Notes: a model not told the origin generated them from the sequence alone. A stretch of DNA of 64,000 nt from an uncultured Candidatus Saccharibacteria bacterium (GCA_964456475.1 CAYVZI010000004.1:7604-71603), one strand, 5' to 3'. Numbered from the stretch's first letter, positions 48,890 to 58,491 are shown. Translations and numbers: made by a program.

Positions 48890-49918
48890 ATGAATATGAG
48901 ACCTCACAAAAGGACGCTCTCAACGGTTGTGACCGGTATGGCGTTTTTGGGAGCTCTCGTGATGGGGGTTCCTTGGATTATTGCGAGTTGCATTTACAGG
49001 CACGAAAATACTACCGAAACTACTAAATGGGTCTTGTTGGGTTACGGGGCATTTTTTCTGCTATTTGTAGGAATAATTACACCTTTTGTAAGAATGGTGT
49101 GGAAATTTTTGCGTATCTCGAACACTAGCCCGCTCGATGCTGTAGTAACAGTATTAATTTGTATTGTTTCCGCAGTGCCACTCGCTATTGTTTGGGGTGT
49201 GGCACTACCTACAATGCGATTCAATTTTTTTGGATGGAAGTATGCTGTTTATAATCATACAATTTCCATAACCTTGTTTTTGGTGGGAGCACTTGTTCGT
49301 CATATTGGCGAACTTCCACCAGAGGATGAACAATATATTATGGTTGCAAATCATGTGAGCCCACTCGATTACGAGCTTGCGTCGCAAGCCGCTGGAAGAA
49401 AACCATGGAATATTGTTGCAGGGATTAATCTCCGTAAATCAAATAAAACAATTGGTGATAAGGCCATTGCTGCAACAATTGGAAGAGTGGTTGAAGAACA
49501 TTCGATTTTTGTTGATCGTTCTGATGAACAATCGAAAGTACTTTGCTTAAGGCGTATAATTAAAGAAATTGATGAAGGAAAAAATATTGTAATTTTTCCT
49601 GAAGGGACTCGAACGATATATAAAAATATCGTTGATAACAAAATTTTGTTACAAGAGTTTTGGGATTCAATTTTTAAGATTGCGTATGAGAAAAGTATTC
49701 CAATTAAACCAGTCGTTTTTGATTGGCCCGTAATTTGGAGAGGAAAAGCCGATCCTCGTTTTGGACTCCGGCCTTGTGTAATTAATACGCACTATCTTCC
49801 AATGATTTATCCAAAAGATTTTTCTTCGTTTGAAGAAATGAAAAAATACTGTTGGAATCTTATGTATTCGAAACTTGCAGCTTCAAAAAAAGTGAAACGG
49901 TTTTTAAATTTAAATTAG
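48890..49918 (+). CDS. membrane-bound lysophospholipid acyltransferase (PlsC family) with N-terminal TM extension
   Basis: HX4D motif VANHVSPLDYE and FPEGTRT motif; 4 N-terminal TM helices. Confidence 0.65.
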   Translation: MNMRPHKRTLSTVVTGMAFLGALVMGVPWIIASCIYRHENTTETTKWVLLGYGAFFLLFVGIITPFVRMVWKFLRISNTSPLDAVVTVLICIVSAVPLAIVWGVALPTMRFNFFGWKYAVYNHTISITLFLVGALVRHIGELPPEDEQYIMVANHVSPLDYELASQAAGRKPWNIVAGINLRKSNKTIGDKAIAATIGRVVEEHSIFVDRSDEQSKVLCLRRIIKEIDEGKNIVIFPEGTRTIYKNIVDNKILLQEFWDSIFKIAYEKSIPIKPVVFDWPVIWRGKADPRFGLRPCVINTHYLPMIYPKDFSSFEEMKKYCWNLMYSKLAASKKVKRFLNLN

Positions 49919-49919
49919 T

Positions 49920-49947
49920 AAAGTCCCGGTATATACCGGGCTTTTTT
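49920..49947 (+). terminator. rho-independent terminator (aagtcccggtatataccgggcttttttt)
   Basis: 8-bp GC stem + T7. Confidence 0.55.
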
Positions 49948-49949
49948 TA

Positions 49950-52436
49950 TTGTCTCTCACCGCGTATACTTTGCGTATGTCCGAAAAAACCCCCAAAGCC
50001 GTTAAGTCAAAGATCAAAAAAGCTCCCACCACCCCGTCTCGAGTACGAGCCACCCCTCCTCGGGCAGGAGGGGATAAAAAACGCCTTGTTTTGCTTGATT
50101 CTCACGCCATAATCCACCGCGCCTATCATGCCATGCCCGAGTTCTCAAGCTCTAATGGCGAGCCTACGGGGGCCCTGTACGGCATTTGCGCCATGCTCAT
50201 GAAGATTGTGACCGACCTCAAGCCTGACTATATTGTGGCAGCCTACGACCTTCCGCAGAAGACATTTCGCCATGAGGCCTATGATGCGTACAAGGGTACT
50301 CGAGGCAAAGCCGACGACAATCTCATTTCTCAAATCAAACGCTCACGAGATATATTTTCTGCATTTAGTATTCCAATGTATGAAGTACCAGGATTCGAAG
50401 CCGATGATATTTTGGGAACAATTGTCGAGCAGACAAGCGCCGACAAAAACGTGAATGTTGTTATTGCCTCTGGTGATATGGATACATTACAGCTCGTTGA
50501 TGACAAAAAAGTGCAAGTCTTCACTTTGAAAAAGGGGTTGAATGACACAATTATGTACGACGAAGAGGCTGTTCGCACGCGATTCGGTTTTGGTCCGAAA
50601 CTGTTGCCAGACTACAAAGGACTTCGCGGTGACCCGTCGGACAACATCATTGGAATTTCTGGTATCGGTGAAAAGACCGCGACAGATCTTATTGTTCAAT
50701 TTGGATCAATCGAAGATATGTACAAAAAATTGAAGAAGGATGAGAGCGCTGTGCTTGCTGTTGTAAAGCCACGCATTGTCGAACTTCTCAAAAACGGGGA
50801 AGAGGAGGCGCTTTTTTCAAAAACACTTGCCACAATTCGTCATGACGCACCGATTACATTTATTCTTCCAGAAAAAGAATTTATGGATGGTGTTGATGTT
50901 TCAAAAATTCAAGATCTTTTCCGTGAGCTCGAATTTCGTGGACTTACTCCACGCGTGAATACGATTTTTGGCAAAGGTGAAAATGTGGTGACACATAGTG
51001 AGGAGGCCAACGAACTCATAGATCCAGTAGAAATAAAAAAAATCGGACTTGGGCTATGGCTCCTCAATTCTGAACTCACCAATATTGGTTACGGAGATAT
51101 TTCTTCATACAAGGGCTCAAAGAACTTTGCTGAAGGAAAGGAAAAAATTCTTGCTGATATCAAAGAGCGAAATCTGACCTACGTGTATGAGAATATTGAA
51201 CTTCCAATTATGCCAATCGTTGAATCGATGGAAAAGCATGGTATTACGCTCGATGTCAAAAAGATGGAAACGCTTGCCGTGGAGGGACACAAAAATCTAT
51301 CTGCAATTGAAAAAAAGATTTACGGCTATGCTGGACGAGAATTCAATATTAATTCTCCAAAGCAACTTGGCGAGATTCTTTTTGACGAACTCAAGGTGGG
51401 GGAGGGTTCAGGTGTGAAGATGAAGAAGACAGAAGGAGGCGCACGCTCCACTCGTGAAAGTGAACTCGTGAAGCTTCAAGGAATTCACCCTATCATCGAC
51501 GAGATTCTGCAATACCGTGAACTCTCAAAATTACTCTCAACATATATAGACACGTTGCCGGCGCTCGCTGGGGAAGACAAGCGCATTCATGCCACATTCA
51601 ATCAAGCTGGCACGACGACTGGTCGATTTAATTCGGCCAATCCAAACATGCAAAATATTCCGGCTGGCGATGGATTTGCCAAAGAAATTCGAACTGCGTT
51701 CGTAGCACCAAAGGGCAAAAAGTTTGTCGCGTTCGACTATTCTCAAATCGAACTTCGCGTCGCCGCTCTTATGTCGGGAGACGATTATCTTATCGATACA
51801 TTTGAAGCAGGGAAGGATATTCACTCGGCCGTAGCGAGTCGTGTGTTTGGTGTTGCCGAAAACGCAGTCACACAAGATATGCGCCGCAAAGCCAAGGTGA
51901 TCAACTTCGGAATCCTCTACGGAATGGGTGTGACCGCACTTCAGCAAAATCTCGGAACATCCCGCAAGGAAGCTCAAGAATTCCATGATGGCTATTTTGC
52001 GAGCTTCCCATCAATCGCAGGGTATATGGATAGCACGACTGAATTTGCCAAGAAGAATGGCTATACCGAAACGCTCTTTGGTCGCCGAAGATATTTTCCA
52101 CTGCTCAAATCTCCGCTTCCATTCCTTCGTGCTGGTGCAGAACGCCAGGCGGGCAATGCTCCGCTCCAGGGTACAGCCGCCGACCTCATCAAGATTGCGA
52201 TTCGTGAAGCTGATGAGGCTCTTTGCAAAGCGGGTCTTATTGATCAAGCTCACCTTATCCTTCAAGTGCATGATGAACTCGTGTATGAAGTTGATGAATC
52301 CGCAGTTGAAAAAGTATCAACTATTGTCGAGCAGGCAATGAAGGACGTTGTTCCACAAGAATTTCTCAAGGGTAAACGCACTGTACCGCTTGAAGTGCAT
52401 GTAGCTATCGGCAACAACTGGGGCGAACTAAAATAA
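49950..52436 (+). CDS. polA: DNA polymerase I (5'-3' exonuclease + polymerase domains)
   Basis: FEN-like N-terminus (LLDSHAIIHRAYHA), motif A DYSQIELR, motif B KVINFGILYG, motif C HDELVYE; 828 aa. Confidence 0.9.
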   Translation: MSLTAYTLRMSEKTPKAVKSKIKKAPTTPSRVRATPPRAGGDKKRLVLLDSHAIIHRAYHAMPEFSSSNGEPTGALYGICAMLMKIVTDLKPDYIVAAYDLPQKTFRHEAYDAYKGTRGKADDNLISQIKRSRDIFSAFSIPMYEVPGFEADDILGTIVEQTSADKNVNVVIASGDMDTLQLVDDKKVQVFTLKKGLNDTIMYDEEAVRTRFGFGPKLLPDYKGLRGDPSDNIIGISGIGEKTATDLIVQFGSIEDMYKKLKKDESAVLAVVKPRIVELLKNGEEEALFSKTLATIRHDAPITFILPEKEFMDGVDVSKIQDLFRELEFRGLTPRVNTIFGKGENVVTHSEEANELIDPVEIKKIGLGLWLLNSELTNIGYGDISSYKGSKNFAEGKEKILADIKERNLTYVYENIELPIMPIVESMEKHGITLDVKKMETLAVEGHKNLSAIEKKIYGYAGREFNINSPKQLGEILFDELKVGEGSGVKMKKTEGGARSTRESELVKLQGIHPIIDEILQYRELSKLLSTYIDTLPALAGEDKRIHATFNQAGTTTGRFNSANPNMQNIPAGDGFAKEIRTAFVAPKGKKFVAFDYSQIELRVAALMSGDDYLIDTFEAGKDIHSAVASRVFGVAENAVTQDMRRKAKVINFGILYGMGVTALQQNLGTSRKEAQEFHDGYFASFPSIAGYMDSTTEFAKKNGYTETLFGRRRYFPLLKSPLPFLRAGAERQAGNAPLQGTAADLIKIAIREADEALCKAGLIDQAHLILQVHDELVYEVDESAVEKVSTIVEQAMKDVVPQEFLKGKRTVPLEVHVAIGNNWGELK

Positions 52437-52472
52437 TTTGTACCTAGATACACCTTGGTGTAGACTTCACTT

Positions 52473-52952
52473 ATGGAATCAACTCAATCAGAAGGGAGAG
52501 CAGGGCTTTCGGTGCATCAGATCCTGGCCCAGGGATACCTCATTTATTTAGCGGCTATTGTCGTGGGTTTTGGGGTGAGCTACATCTGGCCAGAAAACAT
52601 CTCTATCCCATACGAAGGGTCGTGGGGAATGCTTGGAATTGTCCTCGGAACTCTCCTTATATATTGGGCACAACACGCTTCAGGTAGAACTTCTCCGCTT
52701 CGTAGTGGACAAGTTATTGAACCGCACCATTTTTGTGTGGGTCCTTACAAATGGACACGCAGCCCAACGCAATACGGACTTTTTCTCATGTCACTCGGGC
52801 TTGCACTTCTCTATGGCTCTCTCTATATGGTGATTGGCACGGTGATTGCACTTCTCGTTGGGAAATTCGTAATCATCAAAGCTGAAGAAAAGAAATTGGC
52901 GGAAAAATATGGACAGCCATATTTGGATTATCAGAAAGAAGTAAAATTTTAG
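52473..52952 (+). CDS. isoprenylcysteine carboxyl methyltransferase (ICMT/PEMT) family membrane protein
   Basis: 4 TM helices, C-terminal GPYKWTRSPTQYG ... E motif characteristic of the ICMT family. Confidence 0.55.
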   Translation: MESTQSEGRAGLSVHQILAQGYLIYLAAIVVGFGVSYIWPENISIPYEGSWGMLGIVLGTLLIYWAQHASGRTSPLRSGQVIEPHHFCVGPYKWTRSPTQYGLFLMSLGLALLYGSLYMVIGTVIALLVGKFVIIKAEEKKLAEKYGQPYLDYQKEVKF

Positions 52953-53036
52953 GGGATAGGGTACAGGGTTTAGGGTATAGAAATTCCTAACCCCTAACCC
53001 CTAACCCCTAACCCCTAACCCCTAACCCCTAACCCC
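52951..53036. repeat. G-quadruplex-type G-rich tract (aggggatagggtacagggtttagggtatag) followed by perfect (CCCCTAA)x7 microsatellite
   Basis: Read directly: cctaa(cccctaa)6cccct at about 52986-53036; imperfectly complementary to the preceding G-rich tract and to 53771-53800. Confidence 0.9.
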
Positions 53037-53041
53037 TCGCA

Positions 53042-53770
53042 ATGCTCACAGTCTTAGTTGGAAATGATAGTGCAAAAAGAAAGAAGCGCTTCGAAGCGCT
53101 TCTTTTGCCGTTTCAAAAAAACGGGACGGATGTACAGTCATTCACTGATGTGAATTTTGATCCGAATGTGTTTCGAACTCTTGCGGAAAGTATGTCGCTC
53201 TTTGGCGGAGTAAGTGTCGTGACACTTACCGGTATTTGCGACATTGCAGAACTTCGTGATGAATTTGAAAAAATAATTCCAATACTATCTGAATCACCGA
53301 ATCAATTCATCATTTGCGAAAATAGTTTTCTCGCACCATTTTTGCAAAAAGTACAAAAGAAGGGTGGTGTTGTAGAAAAATTTGAACTCGCTGAAAAAAT
53401 AAAAAAAGAAGAAGCGTTCAATTCATTTCTTTTGACGGATGCGTTTTCTGCGCGAACACGATCGAGTGTATGGGGACTTTATCGTAAAGCAATTGAACTC
53501 GGAGTGGAACCACGCGAACTTGCCGGCAAACTTTTTTGGGCGACAAAAAATATGCTGATCGCAAAAAAAACAAATGGAGCGGGGGAGAGTGGAATCAATC
53601 CTTTTGTGTATCAGAAAGCGAAAACAGGAAGTAAAAATTTTTCTGATGCCGAGCTCGAAAAAATCGCATTTGATCTCACAACACTCTTTCATGAATCAAT
53701 GCTTTCTGGAATTGAATTCGAACCAGCACTTGAAGCGTTACTTTTGAGATCGTTGGAAAAAACTAAGTAA
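53042..53770 (+). CDS. holA: DNA polymerase III delta subunit (HolA)-like
   Basis: 242 aa; N-terminal LTVLVGND...; C-terminal DAFSARTRSSVWGLYRKAIELGVEPRELAGKLFWATKNMLIAKK resembles HolA domain III. Confidence 0.5.
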   Translation: MLTVLVGNDSAKRKKRFEALLLPFQKNGTDVQSFTDVNFDPNVFRTLAESMSLFGGVSVVTLTGICDIAELRDEFEKIIPILSESPNQFIICENSFLAPFLQKVQKKGGVVEKFELAEKIKKEEAFNSFLLTDAFSARTRSSVWGLYRKAIELGVEPRELAGKLFWATKNMLIAKKTNGAGESGINPFVYQKAKTGSKNFSDAELEKIAFDLTTLFHESMLSGIEFEPALEALLLRSLEKTK

Positions 53771-53800
53771 GGGTTTAGGTGATAGGGGTTAGGGTCTAGT
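53771..53800. repeat. G-rich telomere-like element (gggtttaggtgataggggttagggtctag), inverted relative of the C-rich repeat upstream of holA
   Basis: Read directly; together with 52986-53036 it brackets holA. Confidence 0.7.
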
Positions 53801-54227
53801 TAATACGAATCACAGTTCAAAACACATTTTTATTTTTTTTTGTTATAAAAAAAAGAGCCTGGAATTTATTTTTGAATTTTTCAAAAACAAGTTCCAGGCT
53901 CTTTAGATATTCGCACTAGCCTTTAGTTGGAGTTATTAACTCCGGTTTATTTTAGAATGTACCGTACAAAGAGTAAGGAGAAAAATTTTCAAAAGTTTTA
54001 ATGGGTGAGTCGATAGCCACTTACTTCTATCTTTCATACCATTATCTCTAATAGAACAAAATGTTCCTAAACAATTGAAATCTCTTTGCGAAATGCAGAA
54101 GCAATAGTTTGTATAAAACCCTAAGTGGGTAACTTCACAATTGCAACAACCTGCTATCTCTATTTGTAATTAGTATACCTCGAATTTTGGAGACAAAAGG
54201 GGATATTAGAAGATTCTTGGGGATAAC

Positions 54228-54258
54228 TAAAAATCCCCATACGGGGATTTGTAGAAAA
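54228..54258 (-). terminator. terminator for the minus-strand dsbB-like/trx operon (aaatcccc-atac-ggggattt)
   Basis: 8-bp perfect stem with A/T-rich flanks just beyond the 54262 stop. Confidence 0.5.
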
Positions 54259-54261
54259 CCT

Positions 54262-54798
54262 TTATTTTACAGTCTTTTTTGCGAGGAGGAGAAGAAGGAG
54301 TAGTGAGGCAAAACTCACAAGTCCCATTACTGGTATGGTAATAAATCCATACTCGTGGACATACTTGATGAGACACGATGGACCTGATGCTTCACAAGGA
54401 AGAACTGATTTGCCTATACTTTCTGATACTACGTGGAAGATAGAAACAGCGAGTCCAAATAATGTTAGACCAATCGCATAGTCAGTAATCTTGAAATCTT
54501 TTTTCCAAAGTGCGATGCCAAACAAAATTACTTGAGGATAAAATGCAATGCGTGTGTACCAACAAAGTAGACATGGTGGGTAGCCAATCACATTTGAGTA
54601 GATAAGACTTGAGATTGCTGCAGCGAGTGCAATAAAAAATCCGATAAACAAAATATTTTTTTGGACGACAAAATGTATTTTTTTTGAAAATGCATTTTCT
54701 GGAATAAGAAGACAGTAGATCAAAACAATACTCAATAGTATTCCAGCAAAAACTGAGATACTCATAATTTGATTGAAGAAAAAAGTAAATGTTTCCAT
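54262..54798 (-). CDS. DsbB/BdbC (or VKOR)-like disulfide bond formation membrane protein
   Basis: 4 TM helices; CXXC (PPCLLCWY) at a membrane boundary plus loop Cys pair (CEASGPSC); adjacent thioredoxin-fold partner. Confidence 0.5.
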   Translation of the reverse strand: METFTFFFNQIMSISVFAGILLSIVLIYCLLIPENAFSKKIHFVVQKNILFIGFFIALAAAISSLIYSNVIGYPPCLLCWYTRIAFYPQVILFGIALWKKDFKITDYAIGLTLFGLAVSIFHVVSESIGKSVLPCEASGPSCLIKYVHEYGFITIPVMGLVSFASLLLLLLLAKKTVK

Positions 54799-54803
54799 AT
54801 AGA

Positions 54804-55427
54804 TTAGTTGGATACTTTTTCCTCGTCGCTAAGAGATGTTGTTTCTGTAGGTGAGGGGATGCCCGCTTGTCGAGCTAATTCATCAAGAGCAATTTTTCCA
54901 CGAAGTTGTGACCCGGGAACAAAGCTCCATACATCTCCCGTCTGGATTGGATCTGTGTCGCTCGCGACCACACCCACTCCTTTGAAAATATGAACACGGA
55001 ATGTTTTTGATCGAACATTTTTACACGATGCATCTTCGCCTTCTTGTGCGGTTGTCTCACAAATTGCAGGTTTGCCCGCGTACGTTATTTTGATACCATT
55101 GGGAAATTTCCATGTTGGATAACTCTCAATTTTTTCGTCATCACAAATTTGTTTTTGATCTCTTCCATCGGGTGTAGAACATTCCACATAGAGTCCTGCT
55201 CTCTCAAGTGATTGGCGAGAAGCATCAAGCGCTTTCTCTTGTTCTTGGCAGTGAGGACACCAGAATGCTCCGTAGAATTTTGCACCGCTATCTTTGAGTG
55301 CTGTGACGAACGTAGAATATTTTCCCGCAGTTCCTGAACCGCGAACGACAAGGGTCATTAGAGTGGTAATTGCAACGAGTATGAGCACAAAGATAATAAT
55401 GCGAGTTTTTGTTGATTTGTTTTCCAT
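54804..55427 (-). CDS. membrane-anchored thioredoxin-fold thiol-disulfide oxidoreductase (DsbA/BdbD-like)
   Basis: N-terminal TM; active-site FWCPHCQEQ (CXXC); 207 aa. Confidence 0.65.
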   Translation of the reverse strand: MENKSTKTRIIIFVLILVAITTLMTLVVRGSGTAGKYSTFVTALKDSGAKFYGAFWCPHCQEQEKALDASRQSLERAGLYVECSTPDGRDQKQICDDEKIESYPTWKFPNGIKITYAGKPAICETTAQEGEDASCKNVRSKTFRVHIFKGVGVVASDTDPIQTGDVWSFVPGSQLRGKIALDELARQAGIPSPTETTSLSDEEKVSN

Positions 55428-55529
55428 ACTTTGGATTATACCCCTTTTCTTTAGCCGGGGACAGCATTCTTTTTTCTTGATTTATAAGCCGATTTATGGT
55501 ATTTTCGATTGTACTTGTGCTTTCAATAT

Positions 55530-55602
55530 CCACCCGTAGCTCAGTCGGTAGAGCAGCTCCCTTTTAAGGAGAGGGTCGTTGGTTCGATTCCAACCGGGTG
55601 GA
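55530..55602 (+). tRNA. tRNA-Lys (anticodon UUU)
   Basis: Hand-folded cloverleaf: acceptor ccacccg/cgggtgg, D-arm gctc..gagc, anticodon loop cTTTtaa, T-arm gttgg-ttcgatt-ccaac; no encoded CCA. Confidence 0.85.
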
Positions 55603-55616
55603 CGATTAGAAAAATG

Positions 55617-55650
55617 AGCCGGTCTCTTCAGGAGGCCGGCCGTTTTTCTT
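55617..55650 (+). terminator. hairpin + T-run downstream of tRNA-Lys (gccggtctcttcaggaggccggc cgttttt)
   Basis: Imperfect GC-rich stem followed by cgtttttcttt. Confidence 0.4.
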
Positions 55651-55651
55651 T

Positions 55652-55800
55652 CGCCCACCCGAGCAAGCAAACTTCTTTGCTTGCGGGTTGGAATCGAAGC
55701 CCGCAGTCATATTTTTTCAGCAGAAAAAATGGCGAGGGCAGGCCCTAGCAAAAATTTGAGTGGCGACGAAAATTTTATGCAGGGCGATTCCTGCTGAACA
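55652..55800. repeat. tRNA-Lys-derived partial duplication: direct copy of acceptor 5' strand (ccacccg) plus inverted copy of T-arm (ggaatcgaagccc), and shared 15-mer ttttcagcagaaaaa
   Basis: Reverse complement of about 55681-55704 reads gggcttcgattccaaccc (tRNA T-loop/stem); the 15-mer recurs at about 62722-62736. Confidence 0.45.
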
Positions 55801-55821
55801 AAATGTATATTTTCATGTAGT

Positions 55822-56301
55822 ATGCAATGTATGACTACCGCCGTCCTCATCCTTCCCGATATCCGAAGCACTCATAACGTGGGGGCTATTTTCCGTACCG
55901 CTGATGCTGTCGGAATAACAAAAATATACCTTGTGGGAATTACGCCGTCACCGCTTGATCGGTTTGGACGACCCCGACCGGATATTGCCAAATCGGCTCT
56001 TGGAGCAGAAAAGACCGTACCATATGAATCTCGTGAAGAAATTGGCTCACTCTTGGACGAACTTAAAAAAGATGGATACACAATCGTTGCAATCGAACAA
56101 TCAAAAAATTCTGTTGATTATAAAGAGGTGAAGAAAAAAGAAAAAATGGCCTTTGTCCTCGGTCCTGAAGTAACAGGACTACCCAAAACTATCTTAAATC
56201 AATGCGATGTTATCGCGGAGATTCCAATGGCAGGGGAGAAAGAATCACTGAATGTTTCGGTTGCAACTGGAGTCGCGCTCTTTCGAATTTTAAATCGTTA
56301 G
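55822..56301 (+). CDS. SpoU/TrmH-family RNA 2'-O-methyltransferase
   Basis: SPOUT motifs ...HNVGAIFRTADAVG..., 159 aa. Confidence 0.7.
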   Translation: MQCMTTAVLILPDIRSTHNVGAIFRTADAVGITKIYLVGITPSPLDRFGRPRPDIAKSALGAEKTVPYESREEIGSLLDELKKDGYTIVAIEQSKNSVDYKEVKKKEKMAFVLGPEVTGLPKTILNQCDVIAEIPMAGEKESLNVSVATGVALFRILNR

Positions 56302-56304
56302 ATT

Positions 56305-56369
56305 GTCATCCCGGACTTGATCCGGGATCCACGGAAAATTTGAATGGATTCCGGCTCGGAGGCCGGAAT
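56305..56369. repeat. solo copy of the 26-bp CCGG-core palindromic element (gtcatcccggacttgatccgggatcc) plus a second related hairpin (attccggctcggaggccggaat)
   Basis: Matches both TIRs of the GIY-YIG cassette at 21119-21473 with 1-2 mismatches. Confidence 0.55.
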
Positions 56370-56381
56370 AACACAAGATGA

Positions 56382-57338
56382 CTACACAAACAATTTCTGA
56401 TGCACTTCGCAGAAGTGAGCACTGCGTCCGCCAACGATTATTCTTTTTATACTTCCGTTACATCCACGTTTTTTGCATTTGCTCCCGGTGAGCCGATAGG
56501 CATTATGCTGATGGCTGAATTTTCCGCGCGTGCCATCTATCTGGCGATAGTCACTTGTGGAATCTCCACCGAAATCGATGCCTTTGTTGAGCACTGTTTG
56601 TACTGCAGGGAATAGTTCCCCCATACTTTTTTCAGGAATTTTTGAAACGATGGAATTCGGATGGATGCCGGCAAGCCACAATGCTTCGTCAGAATAAATA
56701 TTGCCGACTCCAGAAATCACCGACTGGTCCATTAGTACCGATTTTATTTTCCCAGATTTCTTTTGGTTGGTTCGCTCGGCGAATTCCTTATAGCTGAAAC
56801 TTTTTTCTAACGGCTCAGGTCCAAGAGTATCAAGATGTTTTGTTTGATGGGCATCTTTTGTGGAGAGGAGGGTGACTTTGGCAAATTTGCGGACGTCAGA
56901 AAGCACGAGTTGTTTGCCGTTGGTAAATGAAATCACAAAATGGAGGAATCGATTGTATGGATCGCGGAGCGCTTCATTTTTTTCTTTTGGGCTCGGTTCC
57001 CAGCATTCCATCTCTTTTCCTTTTTCATTTTTACTTTTTATTTTCATGTATGTCCCAAACATCACATGGCCGGTCATTTTCATGTGAATGAGGATTGTGT
57101 GATTATCTGACAAATTAATCAGAATGTTTTTTGCGCGACGTTCGGCAGAAATGATTTTTTTGCCACACACGGCTTTTTGCATTGCATCAAAGAAGGGGAG
57201 GTATTTGATACTCTCTTTATAATCAGGTCTTGAAACCGTCTTTTTTGCCAAGTCTGTCCAGATCTCTTTGATTGTGAGACCTCGGGCCACCATATTGATA
57301 CCATTGACGGTAGTTTGGACTTCAGGAAGTTCAGGCAT
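56382..57338 (-). CDS. mutM: formamidopyrimidine-DNA glycosylase (Fpg/MutM, or Nei-like) with C-terminal zinc finger
   Basis: N-terminal MPELPEVQTTVNG (catalytic Pro2/Glu3), H2TH region, C-terminal CKKRGCNGSIKRIIVGGRSAHFCEVHQ. Confidence 0.8.
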   Translation of the reverse strand: MPELPEVQTTVNGINMVARGLTIKEIWTDLAKKTVSRPDYKESIKYLPFFDAMQKAVCGKKIISAERRAKNILINLSDNHTILIHMKMTGHVMFGTYMKIKSKNEKGKEMECWEPSPKEKNEALRDPYNRFLHFVISFTNGKQLVLSDVRKFAKVTLLSTKDAHQTKHLDTLGPEPLEKSFSYKEFAERTNQKKSGKIKSVLMDQSVISGVGNIYSDEALWLAGIHPNSIVSKIPEKSMGELFPAVQTVLNKGIDFGGDSTSDYRQIDGTRGKFSHQHNAYRLTGSKCKKRGCNGSIKRIIVGGRSAHFCEVHQKLFV

Positions 57339-57404
57339 AAAAACATAGTAGCATAAATTGACAAATGATAATTTTTATGTCAGTTTATATTCAAACTATA
57401 GAAA

Positions 57405-57890
57405 ATGAGAAAAATTATGTTGGTTGATGAGACCGTTCTCTCCGATATTCGGATCAATGGAGGCACAGATGCTCAATTAATGAAAAAAATACAAAGCGTA
57501 CGCCTTGGTGATGGCACTGAATATTTGCTTCATGGCCAAAAACTATATGCCGTTGCAAGTACTCAAATTATGCATCCAGTAATAATTACACCCCAGGATC
57601 TGGGTTTTACAGAAGAACCTACCTATATGGAGCTTATCAAGAAGTTACATTCGAGCACTGCATACCATCCATGCAGGCACGAGTTAGCCCTTGCCTTGTA
57701 TGAAGCACCTCTCGCAGAAGAGTTGCCAATTGCAATGTGGCCATTTGTGTTCAATGATGGTTCAGAAACCTCCTATTTCTTTTATATTAAAAAAAATAAG
57801 GGACAGAATATTCTTGACCATGAAGCAATGCGCAAGGATGCCAAGATTTCGTTAGAAAGAGAATTTATTGCCATAGAATGGGCAGAATAA
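57405..57890 (+). CDS. hypothetical protein
   Basis: 161-aa ORF with no recognisable motifs. Confidence 0.35.
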   Translation: MRKIMLVDETVLSDIRINGGTDAQLMKKIQSVRLGDGTEYLLHGQKLYAVASTQIMHPVIITPQDLGFTEEPTYMELIKKLHSSTAYHPCRHELALALYEAPLAEELPIAMWPFVFNDGSETSYFFYIKKNKGQNILDHEAMRKDAKISLEREFIAIEWAE

Positions 57891-57894
57891 TAAA

Positions 57895-57920
57895 AAACCC
57901 CAACCGGGGTTTTTATTTTT
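57895..57920. terminator. bidirectional terminator (aaaacccc-aacc-ggggtttt + T-run)
   Basis: Perfect 8-bp stem between convergent 57405 (+) and ruvA (-). Confidence 0.55.
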
Positions 57921-58491
57921 GACCAAGAATTTTTAGAGCTTCCTTGATTCGAGCGTTCGTTCCTACAATTTCCACAGGAACTTCTTTGAGTGCGTCGCGG
58001 GCTTCGTTCTGAGAATAGCCGAGAGACTTGAGTGCTTCTACGACGTCCGATTCAGCGCGGAGCTCGTGAGGGTTTTCTTTGGTATCGACATGTGCCTTGA
58101 GTTTGTCGCGGAGTTCAAGTACCACTTTTTCGGCGGTCTTGCGACCAATACCAGAAACTTTGGTGAGATAGCTTGTGTCACCAGTAGCGATGGCTTTTTT
58201 GAGAATGTTGGTTGATGTGGCACTCAAGATGCCAAGTGCACCTTTTGGTCCAATACCAGAAACAGAAATGAGAAGCTGAAAAAAATCTTCTTCTTCGCGT
58301 GAAGCAAATCCATACAAGTCGAGTGCATCTTCTCTGACGACGAGATAAGTAAAGAGGGAAGTCGGGGTGTCCTCACGAAGACTGGCGAGTGTCTCGGTCG
58401 AGCAATATACTTTGTACCCCACGCCATTTACATCGACGACGACGAACTTTTCGGAAAGCTCAATAATGGTGCCACTGAGGTGGGAAATCAT
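57913..58491 (-). CDS. ruvA: Holliday junction DNA helicase subunit RuvA
   Basis: MISHLSGTIIELSEKFVVVDVNGVGYKV OB-fold N-terminus, two HhH motifs (SGIGPKGA, SGIGRKTAEKV), C-terminal domain III. Confidence 0.85.
   Translation of the reverse strand: MISHLSGTIIELSEKFVVVDVNGVGYKVYCSTETLASLREDTPTSLFTYLVVREDALDLYGFASREEEDFFQLLISVSGIGPKGALGILSATSTNILKKAIATGDTSYLTKVSGIGRKTAEKVVLELRDKLKAHVDTKENPHELRAESDVVEALKSLGYSQNEARDALKEVPVEIVGTNARIKEALKILGQK

Noticed and set aside
52986-53036. (CCCCTAA)7 considered as a CRISPR array
   Set aside because: The 7-bp unit has no spacers and no cas genes; it is a microsatellite or telomere-like tract.
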